From assembly GCA_963748035.1 (NCBI GenBank), contig CAVVHO010000009.1:30949-94948 (forward strand): a stretch of DNA of 64,000 nucleotides, written 5' to 3'. Made by a program: the position numbers and the translations under genes. The DNA comes from an uncultured Gemmatimonadales bacterium. Its GTDB lineage: Bacteria > Gemmatimonadota > Gemmatimonadetes > Gemmatimonadales > GWC2-71-9. Every line of letters starts with the position of its first letter. Position 1 is the first letter of the stretch. A model generated the notes under the pieces. It was given only the letters and a program-made list of their open reading frames with translations. It searched no databases and was not told the origin of the DNA. This document shows, one piece after another, positions 39,991-49,923 of the stretch.

Positions 39991-40026
39991 CTTGCGTGGG
40001 CCCTCCGTGCCCGATAGCTTGCCCCG

Positions 40027-41046
40027 ATGCCACGAATCTTCTCGGGGATTCAACCCTCCGGCGAGTTGCACCTCGGCAACTTGCTCGGCGCGGTCGAGAA
40101 TTGGGTCCGGCTGCAGCAGTCGTACGAGTGTTTCTTCTCGGTCGTCGACCTGCACGCGATCACCTCCAAGTACGAGGCCGGCAGCCTCGCCCAGCGGACA
40201 CGCGACATGGCGTTGGGGCTGCTTGCCTCAGGCATCGACCCCGATCGGGCCACCTTGTTCGTCCAGTCGCACGTACCGGAACACACCGAGCTGCAGTGGC
40301 TCTTGAACAGCGTAACGCCGCTGGGCGAACTCGAGCGGATGACACAATTCAAAGATAAGTCGACGCGCTTCGAGAGCATCCCGGCAGGCCTCCTGATTTA
40401 TCCCGTGTTGATGGCCGCGGACATCCTGCTATACCGTGCGGACATGGTGCCGGTTGGCGAGGATCAGGTCCAGCATCTTGAATTGACCCGGGAGATTTGC
40501 CGCAAGTGGAACGCCGAGTTCGCGGGCGGAGAGGACTTCTTCGTGGAGCCCAAGCCTCTCCTCACCGAAGCCAAGCGGATCATGGGTCTCGACGGTCAGG
40601 CGAAGATGTCGAAGAGCCTCGGCAACACAATCGGAATCTTCGAGTCGCCGGATGAGGTCTGGAAGAAGCTCCGGCCGGCGAAGACAGACCCGGCCCGGGT
40701 TCGACGTGAAGACCCCGGCACGCCTGAGATCTGCAACGTCTACTCGCTGCACAAGTACTTTTCACCGCCGGCGACGGTCGAGACCGTAGCCAGGAACTGC
40801 CGCAGCGCGGGGTGGGGCTGTCTCGACTGCAAGCGGGTCCTTGCCGACAATATCAACACCGCTCTGGCCCCGATCCGTGCCCGGGCAGCGGAATATCAAG
40901 CGAGCCCGCACCGAGTTGGACAGATCCTCGGAGATGGGGCGACCAGGGCTCGGCGGGTTGCGAGGGAGACGATGCGGGAAGTGCGCGATCGAATGGGCTT
41001 CATGCCACCTGAATCCGAGGGTCGACAATCGTCGGCCGCCGGTTGA
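40027..41046 (+). CDS. trpS: Tryptophan--tRNA ligase
   Basis: SGIQPSGELHLGN, YPVLMAADIL, VPVGEDQ, KMSKS. Confidence 0.98.
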   Translation: MPRIFSGIQPSGELHLGNLLGAVENWVRLQQSYECFFSVVDLHAITSKYEAGSLAQRTRDMALGLLASGIDPDRATLFVQSHVPEHTELQWLLNSVTPLGELERMTQFKDKSTRFESIPAGLLIYPVLMAADILLYRADMVPVGEDQVQHLELTREICRKWNAEFAGGEDFFVEPKPLLTEAKRIMGLDGQAKMSKSLGNTIGIFESPDEVWKKLRPAKTDPARVRREDPGTPEICNVYSLHKYFSPPATVETVARNCRSAGWGCLDCKRVLADNINTALAPIRARAAEYQASPHRVGQILGDGATRARRVARETMREVRDRMGFMPPESEGRQSSAAG

Positions 41047-41059
41047 GCGACTGAACTGA

Positions 41060-42082
41060 ATGGAAAAGATCATTAAGGCCGCCGTCGAGCGAGGTGCCTC
41101 CGACCTGCATATCAAGGCCGGCGACGTGTTCCGGGCGCGGATCAACGGCAAGCTGGTCCCACTGACCAAGCAGCGGCTGACGCCGGATCAGACCCGGGCG
41201 ATCGCGCTGAAGCTGCTGCCCAATGATGTGGACAAGCAGCGACTCGATCAAATCAAGGACTTCGATTGCTCCTGGGGAATGCCCGGGGTCGGGCGCTTCA
41301 GGGTCAACGTCCTACGACAGCGTTCTTCGTTCATGATCGTGATGCGGGTCATCCCGTTCGCAGTACCGTCAATCGAAGAGCTCAGTCTGCCACCGGTCGT
41401 GGCCACTCTGGCGGAACTCGAACAGGGATTCGTGCTCGTCACCGGAGTGTCGGGGAGCGGCAAGAGCTCGACGGTCGCCGCAATGCTTAATCACATCAAT
41501 CAGAACCTGCAGCGCCATATTGTGACCGTAGAAAACCCCATCGAGTTTCTGCACCGGGATGTGAAGTGTTCGGTGACCCAGCGGGAGGTTGGGGTAGATA
41601 CCGAAAGCTTCGCCGTCGGCCTGCAGGCTGCGCTTCGGCAGGACCCCGACGTGATTGTCATTGGGGAGATTGCTGACAGCGAAACCCTGGACACGGCCAT
41701 CAAAGCGGCTGAGCGCGGCCACCTGGTGCTCTCCACCATGCCCACCCCCGATGTCATAAATACCCTGAGTCGGCTCCATTCGATGTTTCCGAGTGTCGAA
41801 CGTGAGATCGGGGGAATCCGCCTGAGCGAAGTTCTGCGGGGCGTGTTGTCCCAACGACTCATTCCGACCAAGGACAACGGCGAACGGATTGTGGCGGTCG
41901 AGGCGCTGGTAGCTACTCCTGACGTCCGTACCATTTTGCGCGACACCGAACGGCTGGGCGCTCTCCGGGTAGTCATGAGCGAGGGTGCTGAGCACGGCAT
42001 GCAGACCTTTGGACAGCACGCGGCCAGGCTGCATGAGGCGGGCGATATCTCGGCGGAGGCCGCTACCGCGCTGGGCGAGTGA
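41060..42082 (+). CDS. PilT/PilU family type IV pilus ATPase
   Basis: ASDLHI, GSGKSST Walker A, ENPIEF, QREVG, ALRQDPDVI, GHLVLST. Confidence 0.93.
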   Translation: MEKIIKAAVERGASDLHIKAGDVFRARINGKLVPLTKQRLTPDQTRAIALKLLPNDVDKQRLDQIKDFDCSWGMPGVGRFRVNVLRQRSSFMIVMRVIPFAVPSIEELSLPPVVATLAELEQGFVLVTGVSGSGKSSTVAAMLNHINQNLQRHIVTVENPIEFLHRDVKCSVTQREVGVDTESFAVGLQAALRQDPDVIVIGEIADSETLDTAIKAAERGHLVLSTMPTPDVINTLSRLHSMFPSVEREIGGIRLSEVLRGVLSQRLIPTKDNGERIVAVEALVATPDVRTILRDTERLGALRVVMSEGAEHGMQTFGQHAARLHEAGDISAEAATALGE

Positions 42083-43158
42083 CACCACTCGAGGCCTTCC
42101 GCCGACTCGTCAGCCTTCCCCGAGAGGCGGGCAGTCCCGCCGCCGGCGAAGCGAGGGCGTTGCTCAGAGAGCATCTGGAATCGCGCGGATACAACGTCCG
42201 CGAGCAGTCCTTCGCCTTTCAGCCCGGATCGCTACAAGCCCTGCCCGTGATTGGGGCTGGACTTGGCGGGCTTTCCCTTCTCGAGATACCCCTCCTGCTG
42301 ATCGGGCGCCTCCCCGGTTTCCTCGCTTTGCTTGTCTGGCTGGCAGGTGCGCTGGCCCTCGGTGTGTTGGCGTGGGGGATCGGGAGCGGCTACGACGTCC
42401 CCGGGGCGGAGCGCCGCCAGGACGCCAACCTGATCGCTACCATAGGCCCGAGGCCGGTTCGCCGCTGGATCGTCGCGCACCTGGACACCAAGGCCCAGGG
42501 CCATTCGATGGCCGGGAGACTCCTGGCTGTCTGGATGCTGATCGTCGCGGCGCTGTGCCTGACGGGGCTCACCGCGGTACGTGCGGGGCGGGGGGCGGCG
42601 CTCCCCTTCGGGGCCGTCGCGGGGGGATCGGCCATTTCGATTCTCGCCGGCACGCTGGCTGGTCGCGGGCGGCTACGCGGGACGTCTCCAGGGGCCCGGG
42701 ACAATGGTACCGGGCTTCTCGCCGCGCTGATTGTTGCCGAGGCCCGACGGGGAGATGGGATCGGGCTCCTGTTTAGCGGAGCCGAGGAATTCGGCCTGGT
42801 CGGTGCTCGCGTGTTCGCCCGCGGCGAGGCGGTTGCGGAGACCGAGGTGATGAACCTCGACACGCTGACGGATCGGGGCGCGTTATACCTTGTGGTACAC
42901 AATGACGGAGGGCGGGCGTTGGCACTTGCTCTCGCATCCCTATTCACGGGAATCGTGCCTCAAGTTGAGGTTCGCCGCCTCCCGCTCGGCATCCTGGTGG
43001 ACAGTCTCCCATTTGCCCGGGCGGGAGCCCAGGCCCTTACCGTCAGCCGGTTGGACTGGGCAGATCTCGGACGCCTGCACACGGCGCGCGACAGCGCTGA
43101 GGACCTGGGCCTTGCCACTGCGACAGCGGTGGGCGAGGCGCTCGCGCAGTTGCGTTGA
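42079..43158 (+). CDS. M28 family metallopeptidase with membrane segments
   Basis: AHLDT, GARDNGTG, GAEEFGL, NLD, LHTARD motifs with hydrophobic helices in between. Confidence 0.8.
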   Translation: MTPLEAFRRLVSLPREAGSPAAGEARALLREHLESRGYNVREQSFAFQPGSLQALPVIGAGLGGLSLLEIPLLLIGRLPGFLALLVWLAGALALGVLAWGIGSGYDVPGAERRQDANLIATIGPRPVRRWIVAHLDTKAQGHSMAGRLLAVWMLIVAALCLTGLTAVRAGRGAALPFGAVAGGSAISILAGTLAGRGRLRGTSPGARDNGTGLLAALIVAEARRGDGIGLLFSGAEEFGLVGARVFARGEAVAETEVMNLDTLTDRGALYLVVHNDGGRALALALASLFTGIVPQVEVRRLPLGILVDSLPFARAGAQALTVSRLDWADLGRLHTARDSAEDLGLATATAVGEALAQLR

Positions 43159-43182
43159 CATTCCGGCCAGCGCACCTACTTT
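43155..43182 (+). promoter_or_regulatory. Sigma70-type promoter upstream of purA
   Basis: TTGACA-16 nt-TACTTT. Confidence 0.5.
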
Positions 43183-43198
43183 TCACCAGAGGATACAC

Positions 43199-43231
43199 CG
43201 GGGCCCCCCCCAACGGGCCCCGTTTCTTTTT
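43199..43231 (+). terminator. Intrinsic terminator immediately upstream of purA
   Basis: CGGGGCCC/GGGCCCCG stem followed by TTTCTTTTT. Confidence 0.75.
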
Positions 43232-43245
43232 GCCCAATTACACGA

Positions 43246-44526
43246 ATGTTCAATCCCAAGACGCATTGCGTGGTAGTGGTTGGCGCCCAATGGGGTGATG
43301 AGGGCAAGGGCAAGTTGGTGGATGTCCTGGCCGAGCGGGCCGATTTTGTGGTCCGCTATCAGGGCGGCGCCAACGCGGGCCATACGGTGTGCATCGGGGA
43401 CGCCCAATTCATCCTGCACCAGATCCCGTCAGGAATTCTGCACGAGCGCTGCACCTGCGTCGTGGGGAATGGTGTCGTGCTGGACCCGGAGACGTTCTTC
43501 ACAGAGCTCGACGGGCTCACCGGCAAGGGTGTGAACACCCAAGGCCGGATATTCATCTCCGATCGCGCGCACCTGGTGCTGCCATATCACAAGCTCCTGG
43601 ACAAGGCACACGAGCGGAGCCAGAACATTGGGACCACCGGCCGCGGCATCGGGCCAGCCTATGAGGACAAGTTCGGGCGGCGGGGCGTGCGGGTCGGCGA
43701 CTTGCGCCATCTGGAATCGGCCAGCGCCTTGCTCAGCGAGCGTGTGGCCAGGGCCAACCAACTGCTGGCCATGATGGGCAGCAGCGAGGTTGCCTCCGAG
43801 AAACAGCATCAGGACTTGCTCGGCCGACTCGCCCCGCGGCTCCTACCCTTGGCGGCAGATACCGGACTGATCGTGCACCGGGCCCTCAAGGACGGGCGCC
43901 GAGTCCTGCTTGAGGGCGCGCAGGGAGCGCTGCTCGATGTCGACCACGGGACATATCCGTTCGTAACCTCCTCCAATACGACCGCTGGCGGTGCTTCGGT
44001 CGGTTCCGGCATCGGCCCGACGGCGATTGATGAGGTTCTCGGGGTCGTGAAGGCCTACACGACCCGGGTCGGCAACGGCCCCCTGCCAACTCAGGCCGAA
44101 GGGGGCGCAGAGGAGGAGCTGCGCACGCTGGGAGGTGAGTTCGGGGCGACAACCGGTCGCCCGCGGCGCTGCGGCTGGTTCGATGCGACCGTGGTGCGAT
44201 ACGCGGTTCGCGTAAATGGACTCACCGGTCTGGCGGTGACCAAGCTCGATGTGCTCGACACGTTCCCGAAGATACCGGTAGGCACCGACTACCTCCTCGA
44301 CGGCGAGGAATGTCCCGAGATGCCCGCAGATATTCGAGCGCTGGAGCGCGCCAAGCCCCGCTACGAAGCGTTGCCGGGTTGGCAGCGACCGACTGGCGCC
44401 GCGCGCCGGCTCGCTGACCTGCCTCCGGAGGCCCGAGCCTATCTGGACCGGCTGCAGGATCTGTCGGGGGCTCCCATCCGATACGTCAGCGTCGGAACGC
44501 GACGGGATCAGATTATTGAAGTATGA
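43246..44526 (+). CDS. purA: Adenylosuccinate synthetase
   Basis: GAQWGDEGKGK, GGANAGHT, GTYPFVTSS, GATTGRPRRCGW. Confidence 0.99.
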   Translation: MFNPKTHCVVVVGAQWGDEGKGKLVDVLAERADFVVRYQGGANAGHTVCIGDAQFILHQIPSGILHERCTCVVGNGVVLDPETFFTELDGLTGKGVNTQGRIFISDRAHLVLPYHKLLDKAHERSQNIGTTGRGIGPAYEDKFGRRGVRVGDLRHLESASALLSERVARANQLLAMMGSSEVASEKQHQDLLGRLAPRLLPLAADTGLIVHRALKDGRRVLLEGAQGALLDVDHGTYPFVTSSNTTAGGASVGSGIGPTAIDEVLGVVKAYTTRVGNGPLPTQAEGGAEEELRTLGGEFGATTGRPRRCGWFDATVVRYAVRVNGLTGLAVTKLDVLDTFPKIPVGTDYLLDGEECPEMPADIRALERAKPRYEALPGWQRPTGAARRLADLPPEARAYLDRLQDLSGAPIRYVSVGTRRDQIIEV

Positions 44527-44627
44527 GTAGAGAGTACCGAGTACCGCGTACCGAGTACCGGAATCGGCTACTGACTGCTATGGCGGTAGGGCATTCTTGT
44601 ACCCGGTACTCGGTACCTACCGGTACT
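44525..44627. repeat. Heptamer-repeat hairpin E10, (GAGTACC)n...(GGTACTC)n
   Basis: GAGTAGA GAGTACC GAGTACC GCGTACC GAGTACC then GTACCCG GTACTCG GTACC..CGGTACT. Confidence 0.9.
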
Positions 44628-44634
44628 GAACGCC

Positions 44635-45705
44635 ATGCCTGAACGCACGGAGCTGCTCGTAATCGGCGCCGGCCCCTGCGGGCTCGCGGTGGGCGTGGCG
44701 GCGCGGCTCGCCGGGGTTGGGTGCATTCTCCTCGATCGCCGCACGGTAGTGTCGGCGATCGAGCGCTATCCACTCAACATGACCTTCTTCTCCACCCCCG
44801 AGAAGATCGAGATCGGCGGGATTCCCTTCATCGCCAGCCACGAAAAGCCCACTCGCCGGGACGGGCTCCTCTACTACCGCCGGGTGGCTGAACATTTTGT
44901 GCTTGACGCTCGCCCCGCCGAAGAAGCCACCGCCGTCCGCCGCGACCCCGACGGTGGATTCCAGGTGGACGTCCAGCGGCGGCACGATACTACCCGCTAC
45001 CACGCGGCGAATCTTGTGTTCGCCACCGGGTACTACGATTGGCCCAACCTGCTCGGGATTCCCGGGGAAGAGCTACCACACGTCGCCCACTATTTCCTGG
45101 AAGGTCACCGGCATTGGCGCCAGGACGTCGTGATCATCGGGGCGGGGAACAGCGCGGTTGACGCTGCGCTGGAATGCTGGCGGGCGGGGGCGCGGGTGAG
45201 CCTGGTGCATCTCGACGAGGGTTTCGACCGCACCGTGAAGCCCTGGGTGCTGCCGGACATTACGAACCGGCTCAAGGAGGGCAGCATCCTGGCGCACTGG
45301 AAGAGCAGGGTTGTCGCGATCCGCCCCGATGTGGTCGAGATCGAACCGATTTCCGGTGGTCCGCGAAAGAGCCTCCCCGCCGATACGGTGCTTGCCATGA
45401 CCGGCTACCATGCGAACACCGACCTGCTGACGGAGCTGGGCGTGCCGGTAGATCTCCGGACCGGCATCGCCGCCCATGATGAGCGGACCATGATGACCCC
45501 GGTGCCGGGGTGCTATCTCGCCGGTGTCATCGCGAGCGGGAAGGACGCGAACCGGCTGTTCATCGAGAATGCCCGGGGGCACGGGGAGTTGATTGTGGCA
45601 GACGTCGTGAGGCGGAGGCTGGGGGCTATCGGCTATCGGCTATCAGCTATCGGCCTGCTAAAACAGAAACCCTCCGGCGGAAATCCGGAGGGTTTCTTCT
45701 ACTGA
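44635..45705 (+). CDS. ypdA: YpdA family FAD/NAD(P) oxidoreductase (putative bacillithiol disulfide reductase)
   Basis: IGAGPCGL, MTFFSTPEKIEIG, ATGYYD, GNSAVDAALE, FIENAR. Confidence 0.9.
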   Translation: MPERTELLVIGAGPCGLAVGVAARLAGVGCILLDRRTVVSAIERYPLNMTFFSTPEKIEIGGIPFIASHEKPTRRDGLLYYRRVAEHFVLDARPAEEATAVRRDPDGGFQVDVQRRHDTTRYHAANLVFATGYYDWPNLLGIPGEELPHVAHYFLEGHRHWRQDVVIIGAGNSAVDAALECWRAGARVSLVHLDEGFDRTVKPWVLPDITNRLKEGSILAHWKSRVVAIRPDVVEIEPISGGPRKSLPADTVLAMTGYHANTDLLTELGVPVDLRTGIAAHDERTMMTPVPGCYLAGVIASGKDANRLFIENARGHGELIVADVVRRRLGAIGYRLSAIGLLKQKPSGGNPEGFFY

Positions 45706-45739
45706 CAGCCGATAGCCGATAACTGATAGCTGATAGCCG
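45624..45739. repeat. Heptamer-repeat hairpin E11, (GGCTATC)4...(GATAGCC)5, enclosing a terminator-like stem
   Basis: Both arms visible; inner stem AGAAACCCTCCGG/CCGGAGGGTTTCT. Confidence 0.92.
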
Positions 45740-45742
45740 CGG

Positions 45743-47716
45743 CTAGTTCTGATTCGCCGCGTACCACGCCGCCACGTCGAACCGGGTCGGATCCAGCTCA
45801 TAGAAGCGGTTCCGCACGAATATCCCAGTCGTCGGGTAGTAGGGCGGGGGATCGGTCGCGCCGCAGGCGTCATACTGGTAGCGCTTGATATACCCTTCAC
45901 CGCTCGTGAGGCCGACGGCGCCTCGGCGTTCCTGAATGATGCCGCCATAGGTGTTGAGGCAGCCGCGGCCGGCGGTGAAGTCGCCGCCGTTGATGCAGTG
46001 CTCCTTGTTGTTCGTACCCAGGCTGTTCTCCTCGGCGCCAAAGGTCTTGAGCGTCAGGAAGAAACCGTGAATTGTCTCGTCCGTCGGAGTCTTGTAGCTC
46101 CGGAAGGCGTTGCCGCTTGGAGCTGTCTGGATGGAGCCGTCCTCATCCTTCTGCTGGGGCGCGTTGAGAGTGTTGTTCGCGACGATAACGGCCTTCCCCG
46201 AAAAATATCCGGCGATATCACCCGTGGTGCAATCGCGGGTGGCGGGATTCTGGAAGTAGGTGACATCACTGCCGAAGACGATGTTACCGTTGGCGGCGAG
46301 GGTCACCCGTCCGCGAATCACTCCGTCCGTGATCACGTTGCCGTCAACGAAGATCACGCCCTTGAAGTTGACGTTAAAGGCTCGGCTGAGCGGAAACAGG
46401 ATAAGCCTGTCGTTCCGGGCCGCGATCGCGGGCACCGCTCCGAGAGCGGCTTGGATCGCCGCCGGGGCCTGAACCCAGGTTCCGCCATCCGGATGGCGCG
46501 CGGTGGCAATGGTTGGCGACACCCAACTGGCGCCGGAATTCGGATAGGTCAGGAGCGAGTCGCCGCCGAGATAACACTTGAGGCCGGCCGCCGGCCGGGC
46601 CGGATTCGTTATCAGGGTATTCCCGGGCCCGGCCCCAGCTGACACGATCAACGCGGAGTCCCGTCGGGCCTTGATGTTGGCATTCGTGTTGCCGCCAACT
46701 GCGTGCTTGTGGTTCACGTCGGCTGAAGTCACGTCGTGGTTGAACGCGGCCAGAAAGACGCCGTTGGCTGCATCGCCGCAGTTCTTCGAGAGTTCAAGGA
46801 AGGTCCCCGATGCACCGCCGGCCAGTGGCAGGCTCGCGGAGACGAACTGCTCCGGATTGGCGATTGCAGTCCCGGCCTGGTAAACCGAGAAGAAGCCCTG
46901 TACGCCGCCGAAGGCCACACCGAGATCAATCGTAAGAAAGTGCACCCGCGTGCGGGCCTCACCGAGTCCGCCGGCCATGGAGCCGGCGAACCGAGTGGTA
47001 CCGACCTGGGCCAAGCTGTCGAGCTTGTTGAGATCGGCGACCGTGGGCATCGGGATACGGGCGACGCTGAGCTGGGGCGGCACATTGAACTGCCCATTGC
47101 CCTGATTCTGGATACTGGCGGCCGCGGAGGTGACCTGATCGAAGAACGTGACCGCGGGATTCAATGCGGTGCTGATCTTAATCTGGTCGTTGGAATGGAC
47201 CGGTCCGCGGAGCTGGTCGCCGCCACCAAACACGATGGTGTTCGCGGCGGTGTCGGTCTCGAAATTGGTAAAGTACGCAAACTTGGAAAAGCTCTCCTGA
47301 TTCACCTCGAGCCGACGTACAACCTTGTTGTTGAAGCTGTCCCGCGCGATGCTGATGATGCTCCCCACCACGCCGTACTGACCACTGGTGATGCCACTCG
47401 GGCCGACATACGTGGACCGGGTCACCTTGGGGATCGTGGTGTTGCTGGCGTCCTTGACGGCCGCGTTGGTTTCGATCGCCGTGAACCCTACGGTGGGGTA
47501 CAGGGCTCGGGTGGTGTTCAACCGGCTACGGGCCTCCTCGAGGCCGGCCAGCGCCGCGGCATCGACGATCGCCGCCCGTTCGGAATTCTTCCCGATCAGG
47601 TTGGCATTGAGCGTCATCATCGCGGCAGAGATCGCGATGGCGCTCACCGCGAACGCCACCAGCAGCGTCGTGAGCAGCGCGATGCCGCGCTCGTCTCGGG
47701 TCAGGCGGGCAAACAT
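45743..47716 (-). CDS. PilX-like minor pilin with a large C-terminal domain
   Basis: ERG/IALLTTLL prepilin-like site without Glu5; FSKFAYFT, GPVHSN, GGIIQ..GYIKRYQYD. Confidence 0.75.
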   Translation of the reverse strand: MFARLTRDERGIALLTTLLVAFAVSAIAISAAMMTLNANLIGKNSERAAIVDAAALAGLEEARSRLNTTRALYPTVGFTAIETNAAVKDASNTTIPKVTRSTYVGPSGITSGQYGVVGSIISIARDSFNNKVVRRLEVNQESFSKFAYFTNFETDTAANTIVFGGGDQLRGPVHSNDQIKISTALNPAVTFFDQVTSAAASIQNQGNGQFNVPPQLSVARIPMPTVADLNKLDSLAQVGTTRFAGSMAGGLGEARTRVHFLTIDLGVAFGGVQGFFSVYQAGTAIANPEQFVSASLPLAGGASGTFLELSKNCGDAANGVFLAAFNHDVTSADVNHKHAVGGNTNANIKARRDSALIVSAGAGPGNTLITNPARPAAGLKCYLGGDSLLTYPNSGASWVSPTIATARHPDGGTWVQAPAAIQAALGAVPAIAARNDRLILFPLSRAFNVNFKGVIFVDGNVITDGVIRGRVTLAANGNIVFGSDVTYFQNPATRDCTTGDIAGYFSGKAVIVANNTLNAPQQKDEDGSIQTAPSGNAFRSYKTPTDETIHGFFLTLKTFGAEENSLGTNNKEHCINGGDFTAGRGCLNTYGGIIQERRGAVGLTSGEGYIKRYQYDACGATDPPPYYPTTGIFVRNRFYELDPTRFDVAAWYAANQN

Positions 47717-47735
47717 GTTCGATCCTCCGGCCGCA

Positions 47736-48917
47736 TTACGGCCCAACGGGTGCGTTGACCGTCGACATAGTCGAAAGCGACGGGGTACAATCCTGCGCAG
47801 CGAGACCGTACTGGTAGCCCGGGAGGTGCCCCGGAAGCGCGGTCTGGTCCTGGTAACTTGGCGCAACTGGGCCGGCCGCGACGGTCGCGATCGGTTCGTC
47901 CCATATAAGGGCTCCGACGTCCCGGCGCCAGATGACATAGGCGCGGACATCGGATTCGCCGCCGGTCTCGTCAATCGCCCGGTTCCAGGTGATCACCATT
48001 GTGGTTTCCGGGACCGCATTGATGACCCAAGTCGCGACGGGGACGTTGCCGAGGATTGGGGTATCGCCACAGCTGGTCACTTTCTTGGTCGCAACGTTCG
48101 GCATCGGCACCATGAAGGAGATCGCCCGGGTGCGGAGATCGGCTCCGGTGAGTCCATTGGTGACGGTAAAGGCAACCTCGACTACGGCGAGGCTGTCCAC
48201 TCGGGCCGCGACCCCAATGTCCGTTGCCGAGCCATGGATCGCCTGCGTGTGGCGGATCGGCATCCAGTTTGTCGGAACCGTATCCAGCGAGGATTGCCCG
48301 GTGCCCGCGACCGGGATCCGCTTGTAGTAGTAGCGGAAGAAGTTCCGTCCGGCGGTCAGGGTGACGTTTCGGATCACGACCTCAGGCGGTGCGTCGTTGA
48401 TCTGCCGAAGGAGGAGGTAGTCGTTGGCCACGGTCGTCGTGGTCGAGTCCAGGGTGAAGAACCAGGCGATAGTCTCGGCCGGGCTATTGATCGCGGTGTT
48501 GCCCAGCGCGGAATAGCTCGAGTCGGGGTACATGAAGGCCGGGCTCGTGCCTGGCAGAGCGAACCGGTCGGCTGGCGTCAAAGCGTTCACTTGCCCAGTC
48601 GGCAGGCCAGGGTTGTAGTACACGGTGTACAGGCTGTCGGTGTTGGAGGCGTAGTCGGCGCTGAAAATGAACGACGACGTCCCCGCGTAGAGCACCGCTG
48701 GTTGCTTGAAGGGCACATTGGCCCCGGCCATCCGGACTTCCTGCTCGAGCAAGGCGCCGGCGAAGCTCAGGTTCTGGAGCATCCCCATGTCCACCGAATT
48801 GCGGTCCATTCCTTTGGACTGCTTGGAGAGGAAGCCCAGGGCCCCGCCGAGAACGATCGAGAACACCGTAATCGCGATCAGCATCTCGATCAGGGTCATA
48901 CCACGACGATCCGACAT
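47736..48917 (-). CDS. PilW-like prepilin with C-terminal FnIII-like domain
   Basis: RRG/MTLIEMLIA N-methylation motif, EVRMAG. Confidence 0.8.
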   Translation of the reverse strand: MSDRRGMTLIEMLIAITVFSIVLGGALGFLSKQSKGMDRNSVDMGMLQNLSFAGALLEQEVRMAGANVPFKQPAVLYAGTSSFIFSADYASNTDSLYTVYYNPGLPTGQVNALTPADRFALPGTSPAFMYPDSSYSALGNTAINSPAETIAWFFTLDSTTTTVANDYLLLRQINDAPPEVVIRNVTLTAGRNFFRYYYKRIPVAGTGQSSLDTVPTNWMPIRHTQAIHGSATDIGVAARVDSLAVVEVAFTVTNGLTGADLRTRAISFMVPMPNVATKKVTSCGDTPILGNVPVATWVINAVPETTMVITWNRAIDETGGESDVRAYVIWRRDVGALIWDEPIATVAAGPVAPSYQDQTALPGHLPGYQYGLAAQDCTPSLSTMSTVNAPVGP

Positions 48918-48934
48918 TTCCGTCCTCCCGCCTG

Positions 48935-49336
48935 TTACTTGGCGACCGTGATTGTGCGGCTGACCTGCGGCGACAGCGCGGTTGCCGTGACCACCACCGT
49001 GATGCGTTTGTAGTCGTTCAGCGTATCGGCCACGCCGGAGAGCGAGGCATCACCCACTACTGTCGTGGTGCGGGTGAAGCTGTACGTCCCCAGTCCTGAG
49101 ACGGTGCCCTTGCACTTTCCGGCGCCGGTCGAGTCGAGTGCGATGTAATTCGGCTCCGACCGGCAGCGCGCGATCCAGGCATCCGCGAGCGCGTTGGCCT
49201 CGTTCCGGACCCGATTGGTCGACACGGCGCGGGTGAACCGAATGCCCGCGTAGGGGACGATCAGTAGCGAGATCGACAGAATGACGACCGCGATGGCTAC
49301 TTCGATGAGTGTGAACCCTGCCGTAGTGCGTCGCAT
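48935..49336 (-). CDS. PilV-like prepilin
   Basis: AG/FTLIEVAIA, YKRITVVV. Confidence 0.8.
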   Translation of the reverse strand: MRRTTAGFTLIEVAIAVVILSISLLIVPYAGIRFTRAVSTNRVRNEANALADAWIARCRSEPNYIALDSTGAGKCKGTVSGLGTYSFTRTTTVVGDASLSGVADTLNDYKRITVVVTATALSPQVSRTITVAK

Positions 49337-49923
49337 CAGAACCCCCGTACCCAGGCGGTACCGTTCCAGCGGAGCCACTCGGCACGTCCGGTGGCCCGAA
49401 CCAGTTCCATCGCCCACGTCTCGTTTTGGTGTCGCGGAGCCCCAGCCATCGCCTTGGCCGTGCTCAGGTACAACCCACCGAATTCCTTAGCGCTGCCGTT
49501 GCGGTAAAGCACCATCGCCGGCAGGCCCGTGCTGAGCTCGGTCGTGCTGAAGTTGACGGGGTTCGCCCCGAAGGCGCGCGCCGGTACAGCAGCCGGCTTC
49601 CCAAACACGATCTCTTCGCCGACCGGAATGATCCGCACCCGCTCGTTGTTGTTGATCCGTACATCATTGGTCGAGTCGTACAGGACCCGAAGGGCCCGCC
49701 CTGGGACGTCGACCATGATCACCATGTTGTGCTGCCTGCCGATCGCTTCGCGCTGGAAGGCAAGCATCGTCGTGCCCAGCCCCTGAATGGCCGCCTTGGA
49801 CCGGAGGCCCGAGAGATTGATCCTCGGCAGCGCGATCGCGGCCAGAATGCCGATCATCGCGACGACGATCAACATCTCGACCAGTGTGAAGCCCGCACGG
49901 CGGCGGGGTAGCCCTGTCTGCAT
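49336..49923 (-). CDS. FimT/GspH-like prepilin
   Basis: AG/FTLVEMLIVVAMIGILAAIALP. Confidence 0.82.
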   Translation of the reverse strand: MQTGLPRRRAGFTLVEMLIVVAMIGILAAIALPRINLSGLRSKAAIQGLGTTMLAFQREAIGRQHNMVIMVDVPGRALRVLYDSTNDVRINNNERVRIIPVGEEIVFGKPAAVPARAFGANPVNFSTTELSTGLPAMVLYRNGSAKEFGGLYLSTAKAMAGAPRHQNETWAMELVRATGRAEWLRWNGTAWVRGF

